Source: Haloquadratum walsbyi C23
GTDB taxonomy: Archaea > Halobacteriota > Halobacteria > Halobacteriales > Haloferacaceae
Assembly (NCBI RefSeq): GCF_000237865.1
Contig: NC_017459.1
Location: forward strand, 3,000,001 to 3,032,000
Reading direction: 5' to 3'
Length of the DNA stretch: 32,000 nt
Made by a program: the position numbers and the translations under genes
In this document: positions 1 through 7,346 of the stretch, in pieces
Numbering within the stretch: the first letter of the stretch is position 1
Layout: every line of letters starts with the position of its first letter
Notes under the pieces: model-generated
What the model saw: only the letters and a program-made list of their open reading frames with translations
What the model was told of the DNA's origin: nothing
Databases searched by the model: none

Positions 1-386
1 TGCGGTCGCGGGCGCTCATCGACTCAGTCCACGATTGGACCCCATCTCGCGGGGATTCGGTCATGGTTGGCACCTCTTGGGACAGTGTTCGCACCCTGCT
101 CTCATATATGTTTGTACCCTCTCGCATAATCAAGAGTAGATTCGAGCGAAGGCGTCCGGACGTTGAAATGCAATACCGATAGAAGCTACGAACCAACCGA
201 TGTACGACCGATATTCTGACTTTGCAGAACTACGGCCGACCGGCGAGGCATCCCACAGCCCGGACACGATGCTGGACGACGGGTGTGAGAGTGACCTCCT
301 GGCGCCAACGCGGTGCGACGAGCACTGGTGGCGACGACAGTCTCGTAAGGAGTCTCTCTGCGCCGGCGAGTGGTGAGGCGCTTCCG

Positions 387-572
387 ATGAATCAGCAAGT
401 CGAGGGCTACCGGATGCATCGTGTGCTCAGCAATCTCAGCCGGCTCGACGTTGACCAGTTGGACGACGCGGATCGAGAGCGAGTCGAGACTGCAAGAGAC
501 CTTCTGGAAGAAGTGAGCATACTCACGCGACCAGAGGACGGGAGCAGACCAGACACCCCAACAGACGACTGA
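387..572 (+). CDS. small acidic hypothetical protein (61 aa)
   Basis: ATG at 387 inside track ORF 222..572. Only the part from MNQQVEGYRMHRVLSNLSRLDVDQLDDADRERVETARDLLEEV onward has an acidic, haloarchaeal-like composition. It shares strand and close spacing with the next two ORFs. No domain recognised. Confidence 0.3.
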   Translation: MNQQVEGYRMHRVLSNLSRLDVDQLDDADRERVETARDLLEEVSILTRPEDGSRPDTPTDD

Positions 573-657
573 TTTCATCGCCGTCGACGCCAGGGGCACT
601 TCCAGTGTCGGTTTATCACCCCCAAAGAGAGGTACGGGGCTTCCTGCGGGTCCAGAC

Positions 658-1038
658 ATGGCGACACCACAAGCTGCGACGACGTCAATCGGCGCGATCG
701 TATCGGATCCACAGGCAGTCCGCGAGCTCTGTGAGAGCTACTGCTTCGGGACGCTCGACTGGGAGGTCACCGACGAGGGCGAACTCACCATCTGGGGGTA
801 CGATGACTTCGAAGTGTACGAGGCGCGGGAGAACGGCCTCCCAGACTACGAGGGCGGCATCGTGACCCCCGAATTCTTGCGAGAACTCGCCGACCATCTC
901 GAAGCCGACGAGGAACTCGACATCCAGACAGCGGGATTCACGAAGTGTCGCTTCCCAGTACTGGTGAAGCGGTACGTCGCTCGTGACGGTCAAGTCCTCC
1001 ACGCGGACCTCAGTTCCCCCGACCCGATCGACGAGTAG
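658..1038 (+). CDS. hypothetical protein (126 aa), acidic, mobile-element associated
   Basis: Complete ATG..TAG ORF with a natural acidic composition (DWEVTDEGELTIWGYDDFEVYEARENGLPDYEGG). The overlapping antisense ORF 685..1002 is Arg/Val-rich junk. No domain recognised. Confidence 0.55.
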   Translation: MATPQAATTSIGAIVSDPQAVRELCESYCFGTLDWEVTDEGELTIWGYDDFEVYEARENGLPDYEGGIVTPEFLRELADHLEADEELDIQTAGFTKCRFPVLVKRYVARDGQVLHADLSSPDPIDE

Positions 1039-1105
1039 CGTTGTTCGTCCCCCGGGAGGGGTGCGGGGCGATCCAGTCGCGGTCGCCCCGTGAGGTGATT
1101 GCTCG

Positions 1106-1306
1106 ATGGGTCACCGCGCACTTGTTGCGTACGAACGGACAGACAGACAGTACACGCTCCACTACAGCCACTGGGGCGCAGCGAACCTGAAGCTCAAACA
1201 CCGGATTTCGGCAGAGTCGCCGTTCGGTGGCGAGGACACCAACTCCAAGTGGGCGAAACAGCTGCTTCAGCTCAGGTGGTCAATTTGCGAAGTCAGATAC
1301 TCTTGA
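1106..1306 (+). pseudogene. 3'-truncated gene for a conserved haloarchaeal protein (N-terminus MGHRALVAYER...HYSHWGA)
   Basis: From memory, the N-terminal ~54 codons resemble a family found on haloarchaeal plasmids whose members are much longer. Sensible sequence ends at ~1265, where the convergent nucleotidyltransferase gene stops (1267-1269). The tail QLRWSICEVRYS reads as antisense of that gene. Confidence 0.45.
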
Positions 1307-1962
1307 AGAGCAGTGACCGTTTCTTCTGAGACAGCTGAGGTCCCGAAGTCACTCCGAAATCCGTGCTTGAGTTCGTCGCTCTCCAAGATTTCCGATCCAC
1401 GCTCAAGTTGCTCCCGTAGCGCATCGTCGTCCCCTCTCCGCAGATGGGGCGTGACAGCGTTGAGGTCGATCTCTTCAGCCACTGCCAGGACGTCTCGGAG
1501 GTCCGTTTCTCGGCCACTGTGGAGCTTTGCCGCGACAAGGACTGCCCCATCGATGACTCTGGCTGTCGTCGTTACTGTGCCCCCGCTCACCTCCTGTTGG
1601 TGGCTGTGATCGTACAGATAGTCGAACGACCACTGTGCCTCAGTCTGGCGACACCCGAGTCCGTTGACCAGGAGATCGAAGCCGATCGGCTGCTGTGGCG
1701 TGAGCCGCTTCTCGTACTCGATTACTTCGGTGTCGTAGAACCATTTCTTGGCGTGACTGTCCGTTTCCTCGAATCCCTGCTGTTCGAGGAACCCGACGAA
1801 GTCAGCCTTGGAGTCCGGCGCGACGACGATATCGAGGTCCGTGGAGAAGCGAGCATTGAACGCTGAGACAGCGTACCCGCCGACAAGAACGTACTTGTGG
1901 TCCTGTTGGGTGAGCTCCTCGAGCAGTTCGATGAGCGCGTCACTCCGGTTGTTGAAGCTCAT
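1267..1962 (-). CDS. AbiEii/DUF1814-like nucleotidyltransferase (putative type IV TA / abortive-infection toxin)
   Basis: 231-aa ORF. The N-terminal YVLVGGYAVSAFNARFSTDLDIVV matches the GG..A...R.S.D(L/I)D signature of AbiEii-type NTases. Its ATG overlaps the upstream gene's stop by 4 nt (1959-1962). Confidence 0.75.
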   Translation of the reverse strand: MSFNNRSDALIELLEELTQQDHKYVLVGGYAVSAFNARFSTDLDIVVAPDSKADFVGFLEQQGFEETDSHAKKWFYDTEVIEYEKRLTPQQPIGFDLLVNGLGCRQTEAQWSFDYLYDHSHQQEVSGGTVTTTARVIDGAVLVAAKLHSGRETDLRDVLAVAEEIDLNAVTPHLRRGDDDALREQLERGSEILESDELKHGFRSDFGTSAVSEETVTALQEYLTSQIDHLS

Positions 1963-2633
1963 GGCTGCGCTCGTTCCGTTTCCCGGTACGTGACGCCGAG
2001 GTCGATATCCTCGTACATCCGGTCGAGCATCGCGAGCGCCGACTGGAACTGGGCGTAGTTCTCACGCATATACTCGATCGTCTCTGCTCTCGGGATAACC
2101 GGGTACCCCTCGACGTGCTCGATGTCGAGGGACGCCCCTGGTTCAAGAACGATCTGTAGCGCTCCGTCCAGCTCGTGACGGGGCTGTCGTTCGAATTCGG
2201 TCGGGAGGTCGAACGACTCGAAAAACGCCTCCCAAGCGTCGACGTCCTCCTCACGGACGGCCAGAAACAGTGGATAGTCGTTGGGCTCGCGACCGACCTG
2301 GTAGCCGCCCTGGGTCCACACGTAGACGGCGTCGATCCGTGTGAATGCGAACGGCCAGTCACCGAACTGCGGGATAACGTAGGCCTCCTCGATGGATGGT
2401 TGACTGACGCCGGCGCTGGCAGCGACGAGCTCTCGTGCTGCGTCCCTCACGCGCTCGTCAACGACTGAGAGGCCGTCGTCATAGTGGACGTAGCCTGCGT
2501 CTTCGAGTCGGTTGACGGCCTGTCTAACCGTCTCGTACGGCGTGTAGAGGTGTTGGGCGACACGACGGATGGAGTCACCACTCTCGATAGCGAGGATGAC
2601 CTGCGCCGCGGTGTCGTCGAGCACCTCATACAT
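1959..2633 (-). CDS. winged-helix DNA-binding protein, AbiEi-like putative antitoxin/regulator partner of the NTase
   Basis: 224-aa ORF with an N-terminal HTH-like segment (SIRRVAQHLYTPYETVRQAVNRLEDAGYV) followed by a ~150-aa C-terminal domain. It is translationally coupled to the downstream NTase gene. Confidence 0.7.
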   Translation of the reverse strand: MYEVLDDTAAQVILAIESGDSIRRVAQHLYTPYETVRQAVNRLEDAGYVHYDDGLSVVDERVRDAARELVAASAGVSQPSIEEAYVIPQFGDWPFAFTRIDAVYVWTQGGYQVGREPNDYPLFLAVREEDVDAWEAFFESFDLPTEFERQPRHELDGALQIVLEPGASLDIEHVEGYPVIPRAETIEYMRENYAQFQSALAMLDRMYEDIDLGVTYRETERAQP

Positions 2634-2745
2634 CTGGTAGTTACCAATAATCTGGTAACAGTTAAAAATCTTACTCGAATGTCCATAAAACCACTATCTC
2701 TCCATACTCTCGAAGGTAGTCCTGATTCCCGCTGAAAACACGTGG

Positions 2746-2880
2746 AACGACTATACCGAATCCAACGAACAAAACGAATTGAATGAGAAAAACGAATGTA
2801 TTGAAAGCATTCTGAGGAACGAACTGGCACCCTCTACTCGATGAGCAAAACGGGGAAACGAACACAACGAGAGAAACGAA
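2746..2880 (+). repeat. Array of eight same-orientation AACGA(A) iterons directly upstream of parA. Putative centromere-like or operator site.
   Basis: AACGA starts at 2746, 2765, 2773, 2791, 2818, 2857, 2866 and 2875, and six of these are AACGAA. AAAACGAAT occurs at 2771 and 2789. GAAACGAA occurs at 2855 and 2873. Both pairs are 18 bp apart. Confidence 0.5.
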
Positions 2881-2884
2881 GATA

Positions 2885-4081
2885 ATGACCGACACCAATA
2901 CCACACGAATCACGGTGGCGAATCAGAAGGGAGGCGCGGGGAAGACAACCGACGTCATTCATACTGGCGGCGCACTCGCTGCCCGAGGCCACGACGTCCT
3001 CCTGGTCGATATCGACTATCACGGCGGGCTCACCTGCTCGCTTGGCTATAATGATCTGTACTACGACACCGACCGTACAACGCTGTTCGACGTTCTCGAG
3101 TTCGACCAGATGAAGTCGATGAACGATATCATCGTCGAACACGAGGAATTCGACATCCTTCCCGCCAGCGAGAAACTCGCGAATAACAAGAACATCCAGA
3201 CGCTGCTTGAGGCGCCAAAGAGTCGCGAGCGGTTGGAGATGACTCTCGACGAGCTCGAAAAGGACTACGACTACATCATTGTCGACACGCCGCCATCCCT
3301 GAACGTCCTCACCGACAACGCCCTGGTCGCGACCGGCAACGTCGTCATCCCCGTGATTCCCGAGAAGCTCAACGCCAACAGCCTCCAGATTTTCGCAAAG
3401 CAGCTGAGTTCCCTCGAACAGGCGTACGGAGACATCAATCGGCTCGCAATCGTCTGTAACCGTGTCGAGCAGAATGCCGAGCACCGCGACACCATCGAGG
3501 AGATCAAGTCGGCGTACTCCCTCCGAGTGTTCGAGATCCCGAAGCGGACCGACCTCTCCCAGTCGATTGGCGAAGGGGTGTCCGTCTTCGGTTTCGGCAA
3601 GGAGAACCAGCGCGTTGAGGATGCACGCGACTTGTTCAACGAGATCGCCTCCCGACTCACCGAGAAGGGCTGGCTCGACCGGCTCTTCCCGGACACGTAT
3701 CTCATCATTCCACTCACAGCCGGCGAGGAAACCGTGTACACCACCCACGAGTGCTTCATCGCCGCCCACGTCGCCGAGCCGATGTACATCGGCTACTACA
3801 GCGCCCTCAGCCACCACGGGCTGACCGAACAGATTCCCCGGACGGTGTACGTCGTCACGCCGACCAGAGCGCAAAGCCGAGACATCCACGGTGTCCCGTA
3901 CCGCGTCACGACAGTCACCGAGCAGAAATTCTTCGGCTGTGAGCCGACCTCGATCGAGGGTACGACCGTGCGTCAGCGACCTAGAGAAGACGCTGGTCGA
4001 CTGTGCGGACCACCCCGAGTTCTGTGGTGGTCTTCGGGAACTTGCGACCGCGATGCGCACCGCCGACGAACGGGGTTGTGA
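2885..4081 (+). CDS. parA: ParA/Soj-family partition ATPase (residues ~1-258), read through in frame into an AbiEi-like fragment
   Basis: Deviant Walker A (ANQKGGAGKTT), Walker B-like DYIIVDTPPS, and typical ParA length up to ...DARDLFNEIASRL. The ORF then continues without a stop as TEKGWLDRLFPDTYLIIPLTAGEE...YIGYYSALSHHGLTEQIPRTVYVVT, which is AbiEi-like. Confidence 0.85.
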   Translation: MTDTNTTRITVANQKGGAGKTTDVIHTGGALAARGHDVLLVDIDYHGGLTCSLGYNDLYYDTDRTTLFDVLEFDQMKSMNDIIVEHEEFDILPASEKLANNKNIQTLLEAPKSRERLEMTLDELEKDYDYIIVDTPPSLNVLTDNALVATGNVVIPVIPEKLNANSLQIFAKQLSSLEQAYGDINRLAIVCNRVEQNAEHRDTIEEIKSAYSLRVFEIPKRTDLSQSIGEGVSVFGFGKENQRVEDARDLFNEIASRLTEKGWLDRLFPDTYLIIPLTAGEETVYTTHECFIAAHVAEPMYIGYYSALSHHGLTEQIPRTVYVVTPTRAQSRDIHGVPYRVTTVTEQKFFGCEPTSIEGTTVRQRPREDAGRLCGPPRVLWWSSGTCDRDAHRRRTGL

Positions 4082-4319
4082 CTGGGACATCGTCGGCGAG
4101 TATCTCGGACGCCTCGATAACGACGCTGCAACCGAGCGGATTGTCTACCTCGCCGACCAGCTCGGCATCGACCTCCCCGCCCGCGAGGACCTCGTCGCGT
4201 CGTTCACGAGTGGCTACTCGTTGTTGGACCCGACGCGACCCGACAACGGATCGACCGACAGTACGTATCGCCTCCGAATCAACATCGCGCCAGCCCAACT
4301 GGAAGCGATGGAGTCCTAA
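3655..4319 (+). pseudogene. AbiEi-like (type IV TA antitoxin family) gene that is 5'-truncated, fused to parA and frameshifted
   Basis: The AbiEi-type core (YYSALSHHGLTEQIPRTVYV...) sits in the parA frame up to ...IEGTTVR. The continuation VSDLEKTLVDCADHPEFCGGLRELA...LEAMES* is in the +1 frame (track ORF 3891..4319). The junction GTGCGTCAGC at ~3971-3974 fits a 1-nt deletion. The N-terminal wHTH half is missing. Confidence 0.7.
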
Positions 4320-4396
4320 CCGGATCACTCGCGAAGCAGAGCACCTGGCTACCTGATGCCTCTATTTATTTATACCTCGTTGCACAGAATTAGATA

Positions 4397-5095
4397 GTGT
4401 CTGAAATGGCAAAACAGGATATAAACATCTGTATCGATGCGTATCCCGACCCGGACGTCGACGTTTTTCGCATCGGCGCCGCGGACGACATCCTCCGCCT
4501 GCTCGCCGACGCCCACGACACGGAGTTCTCGATTCCCGAACTTGTCGACGCCACAGGTGTGGCTCGCTCGACGGTCTGGCGGGCCGTCGACCTCCTCGAC
4601 AGTATCGGTGCCATCCAGATTCGAGAAACACCTCAGCGCAACTACGTCGCGATCGACCCAGACCGTCTCCAGAAGGACGATCCGATCCTCGCGGTCCCCC
4701 AGTCGGAATTCCACGCGCCGATCCGAGCGTTCGTCGACCGTGTCCAAGCCACGACCACCGACACCGACGACACCGACGACATCAACGATCTCCTCGGTAT
4801 CGTCATCTTTGGAAGCGTCGCCCGCGGGGAGGCAGACCGGCAGAGCGATATCGACTGCTTCGTGGTCGTCGATGGTGACCGGACGACAGCCCGCCGGCAG
4901 ATTACCGACGTCGTCGCCGATCTCCAGTCCGAACAGTTCAGCGGTGACCGATTCGTGTTTGAACCGTACGTCGAGTCCGCAGAGAGCGCTGGGAGAGCCG
5001 GATCGAAACTCCGCGAGATCTTCGCCGAGGGGATTACGGTATCCGGGAGCGACCGCCTCGACGCGCTCCGCAAGGAGGTCGTCACCGATGAGTAG
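4397..5095 (+). CDS. wHTH-fused minimal nucleotidyltransferase (MNT/MntA-like, Pol-beta superfamily)
   Basis: 232 aa. An HTH-like segment (FSIPELVDATGVARSTVWRAVDLLDSIGAI) precedes the NTase signature GSVARGEADRQSDIDCFVVVD. A TATA-like TTTATTTATA at 4363-4372 lies ~29 nt upstream of GTG 4397. ATG 4406 is an alternative start. Confidence 0.8.
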   Translation: MSEMAKQDINICIDAYPDPDVDVFRIGAADDILRLLADAHDTEFSIPELVDATGVARSTVWRAVDLLDSIGAIQIRETPQRNYVAIDPDRLQKDDPILAVPQSEFHAPIRAFVDRVQATTTDTDDTDDINDLLGIVIFGSVARGEADRQSDIDCFVVVDGDRTTARRQITDVVADLQSEQFSGDRFVFEPYVESAESAGRAGSKLREIFAEGITVSGSDRLDALRKEVVTDE

Positions 5096-5465
5096 TACGC
5101 GCATCGAGACCTTCATCGACGAGGTGCAAGCCGCATTTGATCGCCGTCCAACGGACATCGAAGCCGGGCTCGATGTCGAGGACGCCGCCCTGCTCCAGCT
5201 GCGGAAGGCCTGTCGCTTGCTCGCCGGCGCTGAGTCCCTCCAGGATGCCAGCTATTATACGCTTGTTATCGAAGCGTCGTTTGTCGCCATCGAACGCACC
5301 GTCGAATTTCGGCTTCTCGAGCGCGGCACGATGCAGCCGGATGGTCTTCCCGGCACACATCCTGGTGTCTGTCGGGAGGCTGCAGCGGCCGGTGTCTTCG
5401 GGGAATCGATAGCCGCGGACCTCGCGGATCTCTGGCGCGACCACCGGGCCAAAACGTACTATTAG
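5088..5465 (+). CDS. HEPN-like helical partner protein of the MNT nucleotidyltransferase, possibly truncated by a TAG nonsense codon
   Basis: This is the last 125 codons of track ORF 4437..5465, starting at ATG 5088, which overlaps the MNT stop by 8 nt. Composition is helical and acidic. After TAG 5463-5465 the same frame stays open for 39 more codons (DGLASAARADAMYELATEIHAYITGRSRQGH...) to TAG 5583-5585. Confidence 0.6.
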   Translation: MSSTRIETFIDEVQAAFDRRPTDIEAGLDVEDAALLQLRKACRLLAGAESLQDASYYTLVIEASFVAIERTVEFRLLERGTMQPDGLPGTHPGVCREAAAAGVFGESIAADLADLWRDHRAKTYY

Positions 5466-5714
5466 GACGGACTGGCCTCTGCAGCGCGTGCCGACGCGAT
5501 GTACGAGCTCGCCACCGAGATTCATGCATACATTACTGGACGGTCTCGACAGGGCCACGAGTGCCTCTGTGGAGAGACTACGTAGCGAATTCGTGTTTGC
5601 CAGAAGACGACAGTAGGTGAGTCAGATTAACCGACGCGGGAGGTGATATCACGAATCTGTTGATTATGTTTTTGTGCCCGCCGAGGAGCGGAGGCACATT
5701 CCGACCTCCGTCAA

Positions 5715-6532
5715 ATGATAGCTGAGGACTATCTCACCACGATCCTTGAGGAAGCCGAGCACGTCGCCGAGCAGCACGACCAGGTCGCAACGGCGGACAG
5801 CCAAGCCCGCGAGTGGCTTCGATACGCCGTCCTCCGGATACTCGAGGGGCAGGCAGACCACCTCCCGACGAACTGGACGCCGATCGACGGCGTCACGGTC
5901 GGCTACGACACCGACAACGCGATGTTCGACAGCTGGGGCTCCAGCGAAGACTGGTGGGAGACCGTCCCGCCGCAGGAGGCGTGTACCCGCTTCCGGTTTT
6001 CCCGGACGGTCACCAGACGGTTTCCCGTGACATCGTCGACGTGATGGCCGCGCTCGGGGGCTGTCGAGTCTGGACTAGGAGCGCATCCGCGTGCGGATCC
6101 TACGACCATTGCGAGCGCCGCGAGGTCCACTACCTGTGGTCGGAAGGTCATCCGGTGGAGGAAGTGCTCCACGAGCGGCTCAGTGGCCCTGCAGAAGCCG
6201 TCGCTCCGGACGGTGACCGAACGGGCGACGTTCGCGACCGACTGGTCGTCGACGAGAACGCAAAGTCACAGGACGATCTTGAGCCCCGCACGGCGCGTGC
6301 CGTCGCCGAAGCGATGGACGTCTCGCTCCTCTCAAAGGGTGGCCGCTACGAGGTGCAGTCCGCGTCCGACAACAGGTACGAAGTCGACATCATCGACGAA
6401 TCGTGCACCTGTCCCGACTGGCAGCAACGTTTACCCGAAGACGGCTGCAAGCACCTGCGCTGCGTCGATCACGAGATCAAACGGGGCCGCGTTCCCCGAC
6501 CAGACGGTCGACTCCCAACGGTCCCAGGGTAG
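5715..6532 (+). pseudogene. SWIM zinc-finger protein locus. Either one gene with a 1-nt frameshift near 5981, or two coupled ORFs (5715..6044 and 6044..6532).
   Basis: The C-terminal CTCPDWQQRLPEDGCKHLRC is a CxCx(n)CxH SWIM motif. Frame 0 looks natural up to ...WWETVPPQEA. Frame 2 looks natural from VYPLPVFPDGHQTVSRDIVDV onward. The tail of frame 0 (CTRFRFSRTVTRRFPVTSST) is basic junk. GAGGCGTGTAC at 5976-5986 fits loss of one G. The alternative is a TGATG stop/start overlap at 6042-6046. Confidence 0.6.
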
Positions 6533-6623
6533 ATCATAATCCTCTTCGTCGGGATCACTCTTCTGGTACTGGGTAGTGTGGCGGCACACTAGGATTTTCA
6601 CGACCGGTCACCTACCGTGAGGT

Positions 6624-6875
6624 ATGAGCAGCGACAGAATCGACGCCGAAAGCAAGGTGTCTGGAAACCAGGCAAACATCTCCGCCCGAATTCGCCGGGA
6701 ACTCGATATCGACGATGGCGATCAGCTCCGTTGGCATCTCGAGGACGATGGGAGCATTCGGGTCCACGTGATCCAACAACAAACCGGCACGTTCGCCGAT
6801 TTTGACGGCTACGCTGGTGAGGAGTCGACCGATGTCACGAGCGATCACAACGCCTGGGGCGTTGACGTCGGGTAA
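6624..6875 (+). CDS. vapB: AbrB/SpoVT-family antitoxin (VapB-like)
   Basis: 83 aa. The SGNQANISARIRRELDIDDGDQLRWHLEDDGSIRVHV motif is typical of AbrB/MazE-fold antitoxins. Its stop TAA (6873-6875) directly abuts the PIN gene ATG at 6876. Confidence 0.8.
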   Translation: MSSDRIDAESKVSGNQANISARIRRELDIDDGDQLRWHLEDDGSIRVHVIQQQTGTFADFDGYAGEESTDVTSDHNAWGVDVG

Positions 6876-7309
6876 ATGCCTCGGGCACTAATCGATACGA
6901 CAGTCCTCTTTGCCGCCGCATACCGGCGGGATGGATCCCACGATGCCGCGCTTCCCGTGCTCCAAGGCATTGACAATGGAGCGCTCCCGGAGGCAGTCGT
7001 CCTCGGCTACGTGCTCGCGGAAACGCTCAATATCCTCACGACCCACGCCGGTCACGACGCAGCCGTCGATCTCCTTGATCGAATCGAAGAAAACCCCCGC
7101 TTCCACATCGATTCACTCACCACCGATGCCTCGCGACCGGGAAGGCCCTCTTTCGCCAACACGAACCCCTCGCCTTCGTCGATGCATGCATGGTGGCGTA
7201 TATGCAAACCGAGAGGCTCGGCTACCTGTATGCGTTTGACGACGATTTTGACGCTGTCGAGGATGTCTATCGACTCGATACAGCAACGAATCCCTCCGAT
7301 CCAAACTGA
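6876..7309 (+). pseudogene. vapC: PIN-domain toxin VapC, frameshifted
   Basis: The N-terminus (ALIDTTVLFAAAYRRDGSHDAA...LGYVLAETLNILT...IDSLTTDA) is PIN-like. The PIN C-terminus (KALFRQHEPLAFVDACMVAYMQTERLGYLYAFDDDFDAVEDVYRLD...PN*) is in the -1 frame from ~7139 (CCGGG run) and ends at TGA 7307-7309. The in-frame tail of track ORF 6876..7355 is junk. Confidence 0.8.
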
Positions 7310-7346
7310 CGCTGGCAGACGGCACGGCTGGCGACGATGTTCGGTC

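Noticed and set aside
1-64. Possible 5' end of a - strand gene leaving the window (ATG at 64-62, MTESPRDGVQSWTESMSARDR…)
   Set aside because: Only 21 codons are visible and there is no motif. This cannot be distinguished from chance in G+C-rich DNA.
186-659. 157-aa - strand ORF and the 5' part (222-386) of the 116-aa + strand ORF
   Set aside because: Both are basic, Arg/Ser/Thr/Cys-rich sequences unlike haloarchaeal proteins. Only the acidic 61-codon segment from ATG 387 was kept, at low confidence.
2746-2880. Possible CRISPR-like array because of regularly spaced short repeats
   Set aside because: The repeat unit is only 5-9 nt and the spacing is 8-39 nt. No 25-40-nt repeats or spacers and no cas genes are present. 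Iterons are the better explanation.
2671-2913. 80-aa - strand ORF rich in Phe/Val (…FVSLVVFVSPF…)
   Set aside because: Its odd composition is produced by translating the TTCGTT iterons. It overlaps the parA start and the promoter region.
2834-4090. 418-aa ORF on the - strand, the longest ORF in this interval
   Set aside because: It is entirely antisense to the well-supported ParA gene. Its composition is Arg/Gly/Val-rich and not acidic. It has no recognisable motif. It is a typical shadow ORF of G+C-rich DNA.
4370-5158. 262-aa - strand ORF
   Set aside because: It is antisense to the NTase gene, which has a clear GSxxRGx(n)SDxD signature. It has no motifs of its own.
4437-5465. 342-aa + strand ORF spanning the MNT gene and its partner
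   Set aside because: The first ~217 codons are an out-of-frame read of the MNT gene (Ser/Thr/Arg/Pro-rich junk). Only the last 125 codons (from ATG 5088) look like real protein.
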